64,000 bases of DNA, from contig OZ242365.1 of assembly GCA_965208905.1 (NCBI GenBank), positions 480,001-544,000 of the forward strand, written 5' to 3'. The notes beneath the pieces are model-generated. The model did no database searches, was not told the origin of the DNA, and saw only the letters and a list, made by a program, of their open reading frames with translations. Each line of letters opens with the position of its first letter. The first letter of the stretch is position 1. Below are positions 30,626 to 41,152 of the stretch, piece by piece. This stretch comes from Nitrosopumilaceae archaeon (lineage in GTDB: Archaea; Thermoproteota; Nitrososphaeria; Nitrososphaerales; Nitrosopumilaceae). The translations under genes and the position numbers were made by a program.

Positions 30626-30879
30626 AAAGGAACTGTATCTCACTCATATTTCAAGTGTCGGGTGTAACTGATCGGGTAGTGTGCGGCACCAACGACTGGG
30701 CTATCCGGAGATCATATCGCTTAGACGAAACTAATAACGCGCGGCGAGACTACAGCAGGCTACATGAATCGCACGAAAAGATGAAGCAGAAGCTTACGGG
30801 CAGGCTTAAGTGTTGGATTCTCGGTAACAACACAAGGATGTAGCCAAGATTAAATTACACGTAACATCCTGTGTATATT

Positions 30880-31674
30880 ATGTTAGATGATGTAGAGTTT
30901 CCCGCACCTGGAGAAGTCGTACTAGCAACCGTCGTCAAGATAATAGACCAGGGAGCATACGTCACTTTAGATGAGTACAACAACATACAAGGCTTTCTTC
31001 ACACACAAGAAATAGCTCCTGGCTGGATTAAGGCCATAAATCGCTACGTCAAAAAGGGTGAAAAGAAGGTACTTCGTGTCAAAAAAATTAATCCCGGGCG
31101 GGGAGATATAGATTTATCATTAAAGCAGATCACCAACGACCAACGAAAGAAGAAGCTTCGTGAGATAAAACGGTACGAAAAGGGGCAGACATTGCTAGCT
31201 AATGTGGCGGAGAGGGCATCCCTGACCGATGACCAAGTTGTAGAACTAGAGAACAGACTGTACAAGAGGTTCGACGCCATATATGATGCATTTTTGAATG
31301 TGGCCCAACAGGGTACTGATGCATTACAGGGTACAGAGATATCAAAAGACATTATTGATGCCATACAAGATGTATGCTCAAAGATAAAACTGCCAACAGT
31401 GGAGATTCGGGGAGTCATGGAGTTGACCTGTAACAAGTCTGATGGTGTGGTCAGAATCAAAGAGATACTTACAGATTTAGATAAACGATATGCTGGTAGT
31501 AATATCACATATCTGGGGGCTCCCAAGTACAGGGTGGCCATCACCGCGGGTGATTTTAAATTTGCCGAGAAGATGCTAAAGCCCATTATATCCGAGATAA
31601 AGGGCGGGATTGAAAAGAGTGGGGGAACTTTCTCATTCGCCCGCGAAGAGTCAAAGAAGAATCGGGAGGACTAA
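30880..31674 (+). CDS. eif2a: Translation initiation factor aIF2 alpha
   Basis: S1 domain GAYVTLDEY; YLGAPKYR; followed by nop10. Confidence 0.95.
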   Translation: MLDDVEFPAPGEVVLATVVKIIDQGAYVTLDEYNNIQGFLHTQEIAPGWIKAINRYVKKGEKKVLRVKKINPGRGDIDLSLKQITNDQRKKKLREIKRYEKGQTLLANVAERASLTDDQVVELENRLYKRFDAIYDAFLNVAQQGTDALQGTEISKDIIDAIQDVCSKIKLPTVEIRGVMELTCNKSDGVVRIKEILTDLDKRYAGSNITYLGAPKYRVAITAGDFKFAEKMLKPIISEIKGGIEKSGGTFSFAREESKKNRED

Positions 31675-31675
31675 G

Positions 31676-31837
31676 ATGCGGTTTCAGCTCAGGCGATGTA
31701 TTGAATGCTACATGTACACGATTAGAGGGAGCTGTTGCAACTGTGGGGGCGATGCGCCTCTTGCGCATCCTGCCAAATTCTCTCCTGATGACAAGTATCG
31801 TCGATACAGACTACCGTCTAGATACGATGATAGTTAG
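31676..31837 (+). CDS. nop10: H/ACA RNP protein Nop10
   Basis: CxxC...CxxC, HPAKFSPDDKYRRYR. Confidence 0.92.
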   Translation: MRFQLRRCIECYMYTIRGSCCNCGGDAPLAHPAKFSPDDKYRRYRLPSRYDDS

Positions 31838-31839
31838 TG

Positions 31840-33945
31840 TTATTCAGGGATATAGTCCTGATTTACCTCATAGATGAGAATTCCAAAGACTATACGGTCC
31901 ATGTCATTCTCAAAACTAGGTGACGCATAGGCCAATCTGAGGGGACCATCCCCATCTGCCGGATACTTTATGTTCTTTGTGTATATGGTGATTGTCCCGT
32001 CTATATACTCGGTGAATTGATTATTCGTGTTGGGATCCAGATACAGTACAGGTGAAAATGGCATCATCATGCCCAGCATTGTATTACTCCAGTAATAGTC
32101 GGTTCCACTAATACCATCTGAGAGTGTATATTTGGATACTGGCTCGCCAGCTATTCTCATAAACCACTGCTTCTTGGACTCATCGCCACCTCCCCCCAAG
32201 ACATAGAGGGGTTCACCATCGGTCTGTAACCTTTCGGCTGCAACAAATATCATTATGTAGTCTGCATACAGGTCTTTGAGCATGGCATGCGCCTCATCAG
32301 GATGGCTCAAAAACATGGTGGCTATATCTTCAATGCGTTCCTTACCGGTGGTGGCATTGTCTGCAATACTGGCCCGTTCGCCCAGAGTTTGAGTCCAGTA
32401 GCCATAGTCCCACCAGGATGCCACTACAGCATCCTTGGGAGTGTTATTTTTTACCCATTCGTACGCATGTAGCCAATCGTTGGTGGTTACACCAAATACT
32501 GTGGCACCACTCAGGATGCTGGGTGCGGACTGTGAGGCCGCTATGGTGTTGGTGTCCGGTATTATCAGAGGCAGAACCAATAGTATGGCCACGCCTGCAA
32601 CAAGACCCATTCGTATTGGTATGGTTGCCTGAGATCTGGAAGAGTCTGTCATGATACGTCTCACCAAGACCGATACTCCCAATGCTGAAAGTACTATCAC
32701 TGCGATGGACCCAAATACTTCTAGGCGAATAAAGGCTGAGCTGATATACACGCCAAATATACCCATCACCAAGGCAAATGCTATCATGTCTGAGTTTATC
32801 TTGTGGAACTCTTTGGCGCGTTTGTCCAGCAACAACCAGATACCTATACCGGCAAAGACCATCAGTACCGAGTGAAATAGGAACGACTGCATGATACTGG
32901 TCGTCTGGTGTTCGGATACCGAGTCGGTGAGGGGATCTGTGGCCACTAAGAAAGGATTTACCGCATTCAAATATCTGAAACTGGGCGTGGATATCACTCC
33001 CACCTCTGTGGCCAGTGGAATTGCTCCTGCACCTGCTACGATTATACCAATCAGTAGTAGCGCATAGTTGCGTCGGGCATTCTTGCCGTTGGTGACTTTA
33101 TGTATTGCAGAACATATAACCAAGAATATGGTGGGGCCCAGTATGGCTATGCCTCCAAATCCCAAGACAAAGCTCAAACCTGGACGCTCAAAGAGCATGC
33201 TTGTAGATAGTAGAGATACGGCAAAGAAGGGCACGGCCCAAATCAAAAATGATCTATCTTTACGTATGAATGGCAGACACATTATGAATACTCCTATGGG
33301 TATGACAAAGAACTGCGAACCGCCCCAGGCCGAGAGGGAGAATGATACAAACAAGGCACCAAAGAAGAGTTTTGCGGCAGCTATGGGGTATCGATCAGTC
33401 TTTATTCCACTCAAAAACAGATAAGTTCCCAACAGTCCATAGAATAACCCTAATGGCTCAGACTTGAACCATCCAGCAGTACCACGTATTATGATGGGTA
33501 GTGATACTGACATCAACATGGCTGCTATGAGGCCGGCGGTGGTTCCGCCTATAACCCGTACCAACGCAAAGATGACTATTACAGAGAGGGATCCAAATAC
33601 CACCGGAAACATTATGGTAAAGTCGTAGAGGGGCGAACCAAATCCAAATAAAGTATAAGTGACTGCTGCTGTCTGATGCAGCACCACCTGAGAAGAGGAG
33701 GATACATCGCGGCCATCCGGATACCAGCTTAGATCATCATTCCATGCATAGTATGCCTCCCAGCCATTATCCACTAGATATTGTGTGGCTCTATAGTTGA
33801 AGAATGGATCAAACTCGTGCAGTTCAAAGCCAAACTCCAAAGGCTGGGATCTTATTATAAATGCAGTACTGAACGCTAGGATCAGTATACCCACTATAAT
33901 TAAATGTCGTAACTCAAATCGTGTGCGTGTTTCAGACAATAACAA
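31840..33945 (-). CDS. aglB: Oligosaccharyltransferase AglB (STT3)
   Basis: EFDPFFNYR, SVSEH, SWWDYGY, ADNAT. Confidence 0.93.
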   Translation of the reverse strand: MLLSETRTRFELRHLIIVGILILAFSTAFIIRSQPLEFGFELHEFDPFFNYRATQYLVDNGWEAYYAWNDDLSWYPDGRDVSSSSQVVLHQTAAVTYTLFGFGSPLYDFTIMFPVVFGSLSVIVIFALVRVIGGTTAGLIAAMLMSVSLPIIIRGTAGWFKSEPLGLFYGLLGTYLFLSGIKTDRYPIAAAKLFFGALFVSFSLSAWGGSQFFVIPIGVFIMCLPFIRKDRSFLIWAVPFFAVSLLSTSMLFERPGLSFVLGFGGIAILGPTIFLVICSAIHKVTNGKNARRNYALLLIGIIVAGAGAIPLATEVGVISTPSFRYLNAVNPFLVATDPLTDSVSEHQTTSIMQSFLFHSVLMVFAGIGIWLLLDKRAKEFHKINSDMIAFALVMGIFGVYISSAFIRLEVFGSIAVIVLSALGVSVLVRRIMTDSSRSQATIPIRMGLVAGVAILLVLPLIIPDTNTIAASQSAPSILSGATVFGVTTNDWLHAYEWVKNNTPKDAVVASWWDYGYWTQTLGERASIADNATTGKERIEDIATMFLSHPDEAHAMLKDLYADYIMIFVAAERLQTDGEPLYVLGGGGDESKKQWFMRIAGEPVSKYTLSDGISGTDYYWSNTMLGMMMPFSPVLYLDPNTNNQFTEYIDGTITIYTKNIKYPADGDGPLRLAYASPSFENDMDRIVFGILIYEVNQDYIPE

Positions 33946-34021
33946 CTCTCTCTGTCTTGGCTTTATTACTATTTTGGGCCATATGGTTCACCGCCCGCAA
34001 GTTTGGATGATGATGTATGTT

Positions 34022-34492
34022 TTACTCGCTGGTTTTACGGTGTGCAATTGGGGCATATTTGCCTTTTAGTATGGCTGTATCAATCACATGCCCTTTCATG
34101 GCACTCCTCAACTCTTCCTTGGAGGAGCCTTCCTTTAGATTTAGTGATTTCGTCAAAGCGTATAGCTTAAAGAGGTATGTGTGCTGACCATCCGGTGGTG
34201 CCGGGCCACCATATTTAGTCTCATCAAAGTCCGTCTTGCCTTGCGTGGCCCCTGACGGTACGCGCCCTTCGGGTATCTCTGTCGTGTCCGCACTGATATT
34301 CCACATTAGCCAGTGCACCCAAATTTTGCCTGCTGGTTTTACGGCATCAGGGTCATCCATTATAAGCGCCAAGGATTTAGTATCATCAGGTACTTCAGAT
34401 ATGCTTAATGGCGGATTAACGTTCCTTGCTTTGTATCCGTATTTGCGGGGAATAGAGCGACCATTATCAAAAGCGGTCGACGCTAACTTCAT
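34022..34492 (-). CDS. YbhB/YbcL (PEBP/RKIP-like) protein
   Basis: DDPDA..WVHW, YGGPAPP..H.Y.F.LYAL. Confidence 0.92.
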   Translation of the reverse strand: MKLASTAFDNGRSIPRKYGYKARNVNPPLSISEVPDDTKSLALIMDDPDAVKPAGKIWVHWLMWNISADTTEIPEGRVPSGATQGKTDFDETKYGGPAPPDGQHTYLFKLYALTKSLNLKEGSSKEELRSAMKGHVIDTAILKGKYAPIAHRKTSE

Positions 34493-34572
34493 GTCTTGTA
34501 TATCATACAGGCCTATGTTAAACTTTTTGGGGAACTACATCTTTAAGTAGACATAACCACTCTTTCGGGTGA

Positions 34573-34944
34573 TCACTGTAGTACGATACTGTTGTTGTGT
34601 AGTGATATTACACTTTGGCCGGCGGCCTTTATGGCCTTCTTTAGCTGTTTATCGGTGGTGGCCACTATGCCCCCATGAGTCTTTACATAATCCAATAAGG
34701 CCCAGTCTGCATACTTCTTTCCCAGTTGTATATGCTGCATATTGCGTGCCAACTTTAAAGCGCCAGATGCATCATGACATTTGGCAGGATTCTTCATTAG
34801 GCCGTTTAGCTCAGATATGACCACATCTGGAACCACATATGTTGCAGAGTCAACTACATATTTCATATCTTGAATGCGTCCGGTGGCCATGTGGATTAAA
34901 AACCCCGTATCGCAGATTATTTTAAGCAACAGTACCTGCACCAA
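34573..34944 (-). CDS. PIN-domain protein (Fcf1-like)
   Basis: IICDTGFL, V..EL, AD.AL, VATTDKQL; usual position after eif2g. Confidence 0.85.
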   Translation of the reverse strand: MVQVLLLKIICDTGFLIHMATGRIQDMKYVVDSATYVVPDVVISELNGLMKNPAKCHDASGALKLARNMQHIQLGKKYADWALLDYVKTHGGIVATTDKQLKKAIKAAGQSVISLHNNSIVLQ

Positions 34945-36184
34945 TAAGCCGCCAACGATCAGCTATCCTTCTACTGATCGCCACATTCTCATCCTCAAAT
35001 ATACACGCTGGTCTCCTCAGGTCCAAATGAACTATTCCCTTCTTTATCTTTGTCACTTTACACAGTACGGGCGCCGTTCCTATGTTTAGTCGCAACATCT
35101 CACCCACCATTATAGGAGATACCTTTGTCTCATTGACAGCACCCACTGCCGAGTCGAACAGATTGGTTCGCATGCTTAATGTAGAAGAGTTCTCAGGTAG
35201 CGTTCCGGGCTTTCCTATCACCGAACCTATAAGCGAATCACTGTGTGTCATGGCCGGATCTAGTTTTGTTCCTATTGCCACCAGTCCTCCTGGCTTTACC
35301 TCATCAACAATTCCTGCTCCTGTCCCCAACGAGACTATCTCTGTATGTATGGACTCGTAGCCCTTCTTCTTGTTTCGTATTATACCTGGCTTGATCTCTA
35401 CTTCATCCCCTATACGAAATACTCCCTGCGTCAGACTGCCCCCTATCACACCCCCACGTATGTCTTTGATTGGAGTTCCAGGCTTGTTGACATCAAAGGA
35501 GCGTAACACATGCATGACCGTATCCTTGCTCTCATCTCGGGTGGGAGTCTGTATTGTGGACTCGATGGCGCCTATCATGGCATCTATATTCAATTTTGAC
35601 TGCGCCGATATTGGTATTATGGGTGAGGACTCGGCGGTGGTACCTTTCACAAATTTTTTTATGTCTTTATAGTTGGCAATGGCATCTTCATAGCCAATTA
35701 AATCCACCTTGTTTTGTAGTATTAGTACCTGTTTGATCCCCAATGTGTGTAGTGCCAGCATGTGTTCCTTTGTCTGGGGTCTGGGTACTTTTTCGTTGGC
35801 CGCCACCAGCAATAGTGCTCCATCCATCAAGGCCGAACCCGACAACATATTGGCCATCAAGCTCTCATGTCCCGGACTATCTACAAAGCTGACCACCCGA
35901 GATAGTTCGCAGTCTTTGTTGCAGTTGGGACAGTTAGGCTGTGTTGAATATCCTGTTGGTTCAGGACACGATTTACATTTGTAGAATGCTGCATCTGAGT
36001 ATCCTATGCGTATTGTAATACCGCGCTTTAACTCTTGACTATGTACGCTTGTCCACGACCCTGTAAGTGCTTGTATTAGAGTGGTCTTGCCATGATCCAC
36101 ATGACCAGCAGTACCTATGTTAACACAAGGCTGGTGTCCATACTTTTTTGTGTACCACTCAGGTAGCATATCTCGCCAGTGCAT
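34922..36184 (-). CDS. eif2g: Translation initiation factor aIF2 gamma
   Basis: GHVDHGKTT, RGITIRIGY, DSPGHE, NKVD, WRLIGAG. Confidence 0.97.
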   Translation of the reverse strand: MHWRDMLPEWYTKKYGHQPCVNIGTAGHVDHGKTTLIQALTGSWTSVHSQELKRGITIRIGYSDAAFYKCKSCPEPTGYSTQPNCPNCNKDCELSRVVSFVDSPGHESLMANMLSGSALMDGALLLVAANEKVPRPQTKEHMLALHTLGIKQVLILQNKVDLIGYEDAIANYKDIKKFVKGTTAESSPIIPISAQSKLNIDAMIGAIESTIQTPTRDESKDTVMHVLRSFDVNKPGTPIKDIRGGVIGGSLTQGVFRIGDEVEIKPGIIRNKKKGYESIHTEIVSLGTGAGIVDEVKPGGLVAIGTKLDPAMTHSDSLIGSVIGKPGTLPENSSTLSMRTNLFDSAVGAVNETKVSPIMVGEMLRLNIGTAPVLCKVTKIKKGIVHLDLRRPACIFEDENVAISRRIADRWRLIGAGTVA

Positions 36185-36220
36185 CTATAAACTCTTAACG
36201 TTTCACGTTCTTAAATTAAC

Positions 36221-36580
36221 CTATGTTTTGTCGGACTCCAGTATTCCATCGAATCTGCAGTTTATCTGATATATCTCTTCAGATATTGTGTTACCCCGCA
36301 TCAACTTTCTAAAACGTTGACCAGACTCGGCCTCTTGGAGTCCTACGCCCTTTGTCAATAAGACAGCCTTACGGGCTGCACCATGAATATCACGTCTCAT
36401 GGGTATTCCAGACTTGTCGCTGCCACCTGTAATGCGTATCTTGCCATCAAGGCCCATTATGGCAGCATCAGCTTCGTCTCCCAACTGTAGACCTAGTAGT
36501 GGGTTAGCATCACTGTCTTTCAACTCCCGGCTCATGGACTTTCCCTTTGTGTCAGATATTGTGATCTTGAAACTTGCCAA
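36221..36580 (-). CDS. rps6e: 30S ribosomal protein S6e
   Basis: ITGGSDKSGIPMR...RK.MRGN. Confidence 0.95.
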   Translation of the reverse strand: MASFKITISDTKGKSMSRELKDSDANPLLGLQLGDEADAAIMGLDGKIRITGGSDKSGIPMRRDIHGAARKAVLLTKGVGLQEAESGQRFRKLMRGNTISEEIYQINCRFDGILESDKT

Positions 36581-36697
36581 TAGTTACGTGCAATCTCTAA
36601 GCTCTAATTAACGTTTTGAAGGGTGGTGTAGAGAGTTATCATGCTACTACACATGACGAACGCATCACTCTCAGAACAGTGCGGGCGCGCCCTCACG

Positions 36698-39600
36698 CTA
36701 GTAGTCGTTGGCCACAATACGCCACGCGCCGTCCCGTACCACCCATGCCGCATAGTTGGTGTCTATTAGATCGCCGGCAGGATTAAGCTCGGTGGATCCT
36801 ATCAAACCCACATATCTGGAGGCAATGTCGGGCAGTACGTTCATCACGTCGACGGGGTCGGAGCTCCGAGCATACATGATAGACAGGCCCAAAAGCCACA
36901 CCGAATCGTACTCGTATACGGCGTACGGGCTTGGCTCCATCTCCAAGTATCCCCCGATTATCGAGTATATCCTCCCATCCAGTATGTCATCCGGAACCGA
37001 GGGCTGCACTACGGTAAACGTCACCTTCTCGGCGAATGCGGTGGCCTGCGGACTGTCCAGTACGTTGGGCTGCGCCGTGTTCTGGTCGGCTCCGAACCAC
37101 CGGACATCGCCCAGTATCTTGTGGCCGGATGCCGCATTCATGAATCCGGGCGCCCCGCCATATCCCACGTATAGCACGGCCACCTTGTCCAGCCGATTAT
37201 CCTCGTCCATGTCGATGACAGCTGTGGCCAAGGCTTCGGTGGCATCCTCAAATTCCGCGTTGGACTCATACGTGACTATATCCGCGGCGCTCCCGCCCAT
37301 CTCTATGAACGTGGCGGTTGCCGCATCCAGCAGATCTACAGACCAAGTCCCCTCTATTCCCACCGGAGCGATGGCCCTTACTCCTTCTTCGTGCATGAGG
37401 CGGGCGATGGCCTCTCCGTGTCTCTCCTGATCTGGCAGCAGGCGGAATAGTGAATCTCCCTCTATAGTCAGGGAGGGTGTCGAAGAGCAGCAGCTCATCA
37501 GCAGCATATCGTGATCATCGGCAAATCGGATTACCTCGTCGCTGACTATGTCGATGGCAGGTCCGTCCACTATGCCGATTCCCATCTCCTCGAACGTATG
37601 CAGTCGGTGCAGCAGCACCTCCGGATTGGTCATCGAATCGAACCTGACCATCTCCATACGCCACGGCTCGCCGCGCCTCTCTAGGTACTCGTTAAAGTCG
37701 GCCACGGCCAGTATCGATGCCTGGGTCACATCTGCCCCGTACCGGTCCGCCCCACCAGACAGCGGGGCCACCGAGCCGACCAGCACTGTCCCTCCGAAGT
37801 CTCCCAGATCAGCAAGCCAACTCCAGTGGCCAGGCTCAAACGGATAGGTATCATCATCAAAGGACACGGCGTGCAGCGTCCCGTTCTCCGGCCAGTACGC
37901 CTCCAGTTGGTACGGGCCATTGCCTATTACCGAGTGCCCGTTCTCGTTCATCCACGATATGGTGGAGTTATATCTGGACAGGGCGTACTCGGTGCCGTTT
38001 CCGGTGTGCCTCACCTGGACCGGCACGTATCCCTCGCGCACAAAGTCCTCCAGATATCCCCGGAGCAGTGTCGTATCGTCGGGATCCAGCATAGACAGCC
38101 AGCTTACACCGTGGTTCTGGGCATCAGCCACCCTGAATGCAGTACTCCCGTCCATGGCCGCCGCCTCCATGGCCGCGAGTAGGTCCCAAGGAATGTCTGT
38201 CCAGACAGAGGCAAATCTTACAATCCGATCTTGGTCGCGGTCCCAGTAGTCCGTGTACACCTCGACCGTATGGTCGTCTACGACCCTGATCCCGCGCAGA
38301 TTGTCCACGACGGCGTTGAACCGCGGTTCAACAGCCGTGTCGTGATCGTGGCCGTCATGGTGTGCCATATGCTCGATGACAAAGTACAGGTCGTACAGTA
38401 TATCGTTGATGTCCATGGGGGCACCGCTGTGCCAGTTGCCCAAGGCCAAATCAAACGTGACCTTGCTGGTGGCCCTGCTCCCGGGCGGAACGGTTTCCCA
38501 CTCGTGGGTGAACGGGTTCCAGATGATGGCATCCTCCGGCATGGCCATGCTGCCGTCCGGCCCGGCGGTATCCACCTGCCACTGTGCCCTGACAGGCATT
38601 AGGTCTCCGGTGAAGGGGTTGGAGGAATAGGCCGGATCTCTCATCATAGACCATATGGCGACGGCGTCCGTATCAGTGAAGCCTCCCACCGGATTCCACG
38701 CGCTCTGCGTTATGTACTTGGCACCGATGGTGAGATCCCCGTCCGGGGCCTGTACATTCAGGGTGTTGTACCTGCTGATCAGGCCCTTGCCCGGCGCATT
38801 TACCACGCCGACGACATCACCGTTTACCAGATAGCGCGAGTTCTCCACGGCGATTCCGAGGCGTACCGCATCGTTCATCCCCTCGCTCAGCGCTCCGCGG
38901 AGCAGACGCGCCCTCTCCTCGGTGGACTCGTGGTCCTCCAGATATATGGCGCGCGTGAGATCATCGAGCAGACGGTTCTCGTAGTTCCAGTAGTCCGGAT
39001 TTGCCCCGCCGGGCATGCGACCGGCCCATGGAGCATACAATACTGCTACCAAACCGTTGTTGGCTTTTTGGACGCTGAACCCTCCATACACTTCCACTAT
39101 CAGGTGCCACTCAAAGTCGGCGGGATCCGTCCCGTCAATCACGTTAAATGCATCTTCCAGATCGCCGAACCGGTGCTCTACCGCAAACCCGACACGCTCC
39201 AGCTCAAGCGTCAGCATCTCGCTCACCAGAACAGCCACCGGATACTCCAGTACGAACATGGTCACGGATATTGGGTTACCGTCATGGTACCATGTGCCGT
39301 CCACCTTGTATGCGCCCTGCGCCAAGAGCGCCTTTGTTATTGTCCTGTCCGCCAGTACCGGATCATACGATATGCCCAACTCGTCCAGCTGCCTGTATAC
39401 CAGCGGGAAGTCAGGATGCAGTGGATATACGACGGACGGTATGGCGGCACCATACCCGTATAACCCATCCCGTACCACGTTGTCACGGTCCAACAGATGG
39501 TTCATGGCGTAGCGAACCTCCCGTATGGAGAAGGGGTTGAACGGTTCACCCGCCGCGGGATTCAGATATAGCGTGTAGAGGGACGCCCCAGCGGCACCGT

Positions 39601-39838
39601 GGACCTGAAGATTAGGATCTCCCAAGGCTCGTTCCACCAGACCCAACGGAATCGGATCAGTGTGCAGGTCGAGTGTGCCGTTGCTCACCGCACTGAGCGC
39701 GTCCAGACCCCCAGGATACTCGGTGAATGTCAGGCTGTCCGAGTATGCGGCAGCAGATCCGACCACGCCTCCAGCCAACACGAACATAACCAGCGCCATA
39801 TGGGGTGGCAACATAGCCACGAACAGGCTTTTGGACAA
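36698..39838 (-). CDS. Fused solute-binding protein: family-5 (peptide/nickel) domain + LivJ-like class I domain
   Basis: NPFSIREVRYAMN.LLDR and GNGPY (family 5); GSVAPLSG...SCCSSTPSL....LFRLLPD (class I); visibly GC-richer than flanks. Confidence 0.85.
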   Translation of the reverse strand: MSKSLFVAMLPPHMALVMFVLAGGVVGSAAAYSDSLTFTEYPGGLDALSAVSNGTLDLHTDPIPLGLVERALGDPNLQVHGAAGASLYTLYLNPAAGEPFNPFSIREVRYAMNHLLDRDNVVRDGLYGYGAAIPSVVYPLHPDFPLVYRQLDELGISYDPVLADRTITKALLAQGAYKVDGTWYHDGNPISVTMFVLEYPVAVLVSEMLTLELERVGFAVEHRFGDLEDAFNVIDGTDPADFEWHLIVEVYGGFSVQKANNGLVAVLYAPWAGRMPGGANPDYWNYENRLLDDLTRAIYLEDHESTEERARLLRGALSEGMNDAVRLGIAVENSRYLVNGDVVGVVNAPGKGLISRYNTLNVQAPDGDLTIGAKYITQSAWNPVGGFTDTDAVAIWSMMRDPAYSSNPFTGDLMPVRAQWQVDTAGPDGSMAMPEDAIIWNPFTHEWETVPPGSRATSKVTFDLALGNWHSGAPMDINDILYDLYFVIEHMAHHDGHDHDTAVEPRFNAVVDNLRGIRVVDDHTVEVYTDYWDRDQDRIVRFASVWTDIPWDLLAAMEAAAMDGSTAFRVADAQNHGVSWLSMLDPDDTTLLRGYLEDFVREGYVPVQVRHTGNGTEYALSRYNSTISWMNENGHSVIGNGPYQLEAYWPENGTLHAVSFDDDTYPFEPGHWSWLADLGDFGGTVLVGSVAPLSGGADRYGADVTQASILAVADFNEYLERRGEPWRMEMVRFDSMTNPEVLLHRLHTFEEMGIGIVDGPAIDIVSDEVIRFADDHDMLLMSCCSSTPSLTIEGDSLFRLLPDQERHGEAIARLMHEEGVRAIAPVGIEGTWSVDLLDAATATFIEMGGSAADIVTYESNAEFEDATEALATAVIDMDEDNRLDKVAVLYVGYGGAPGFMNAASGHKILGDVRWFGADQNTAQPNVLDSPQATAFAEKVTFTVVQPSVPDDILDGRIYSIIGGYLEMEPSPYAVYEYDSVWLLGLSIMYARSSDPVDVMNVLPDIASRYVGLIGSTELNPAGDLIDTNYAAWVVRDGAWRIVANDY

Positions 39839-40141
39839 TATAAAGTGTTGATTTATCGGTTCTCGTGCAAACGCGGGCGTTATTCTAAACTTGCCCGCTT
39901 CAGTCCCCGGATCTTTGTCCAGAACGGCCGGATGGCTGTATAAACAGAGACATATCAGTCTCCCCGTATGGATTGTGTATTCTCAGCCCCATACTAACCC
40001 CCGCAGAATGATAAGCGTATAGTAACTAAATTAGGTAGTGGGATTCAGCCAGATACAAAATATACACTTGGTCTCATCTAACTGTACAATACAGAATCGT
40101 TCCATAAAGGATAATAGAATATAGTGGTAATTGTATACATT

Positions 40142-41152
40142 ATGATAAAGTTGGGAGAGGCCGAGCTGGCAAAGTATCCATTTTTAGCAGATGCAGGCCA
40201 GCATCTTCCTGAGTACGGATTTACTCTAGAACAGTTGGCCCAAGATCCGGACTTGGCTGTTGTGAGGGAGAAGGCATTTAATCGCATATACACCACAACT
40301 CAGACGGGAAAGATATACAAACCAAGCCCCAAAGGATCAACTGCCTTGCCATTAGAGGTGCTGTCGTTCATCTTGGCCATAGTACTACTAAAACAGAGTC
40401 GCGCTAACTTTTTAATTAAAAAATTTGCAATGCAGGAAGCCCGGGGAGCTGAGCGGTTCTTGGAGAGGGACTTGGGTCAGGGTACCACCGATATACAGAT
40501 AGAGACAACACGAAAGATAATCTGGGATTTGGCGCATATTGAGATATCCAAACGGGGCCGATACTTTGTAATTGCAGTACCGGATTATCTGCATCGGGCT
40601 GTACTGTTTCATGCTAGAGAGTGGAAGTTGATAAACCGACAGGTTAAAGATGGATGGGTATACCTTAATCCCCATGAGACTGTGAGGCTCATACGGCAGG
40701 AGCTTGTAAATTACATATCCGACAAAATATCTTCTGCCGCCACACCACCAGTGGTATCCGGCCTACAAGATATGGTGGACAAATTAATATTATTAAATAG
40801 TAAATTCCAGCCGCAAATTGCTTATTCTGACAAGAATCCGCCCTGTGTACAACATGCCATAGATACACTATCTGATGGAAAGAACCTCTCCCATGCAGGT
40901 CGGTTTATGCTGGCGACATATCTGCTGTCCCGTGGATATAATGTAAAAGAGATAGCACCCTACTTTAAGAATGCCCCAGACTATAATGAATCAATTACTC
41001 TGTATCAGCTAAATCATCTGGCAGGAAAGTCAGGTAATAACACCCAGTATGCCTGTCAATCTTGCGCAAAACTAAAGTCAGCGAACCTATGTTATGCCAC
41101 ATCAGAGTGTGAAGGAATACATAATCCCATGCAGTTTGGCGTTAAAAGATGA
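40142..41152 (+). CDS. priL: DNA primase large subunit
   Basis: AKYPFL, PPCV, NL.H.GRF.LATYL, Cys-rich C-terminus. Confidence 0.93.
   Translation: MIKLGEAELAKYPFLADAGQHLPEYGFTLEQLAQDPDLAVVREKAFNRIYTTTQTGKIYKPSPKGSTALPLEVLSFILAIVLLKQSRANFLIKKFAMQEARGAERFLERDLGQGTTDIQIETTRKIIWDLAHIEISKRGRYFVIAVPDYLHRAVLFHAREWKLINRQVKDGWVYLNPHETVRLIRQELVNYISDKISSAATPPVVSGLQDMVDKLILLNSKFQPQIAYSDKNPPCVQHAIDTLSDGKNLSHAGRFMLATYLLSRGYNVKEIAPYFKNAPDYNESITLYQLNHLAGKSGNNTQYACQSCAKLKSANLCYATSECEGIHNPMQFGVKR

Noticed and set aside
36756-39943. Numerous long plus-strand ORFs opposite the solute-binding protein gene
   Set aside because: Shadow ORFs expected in GC-rich coding DNA.
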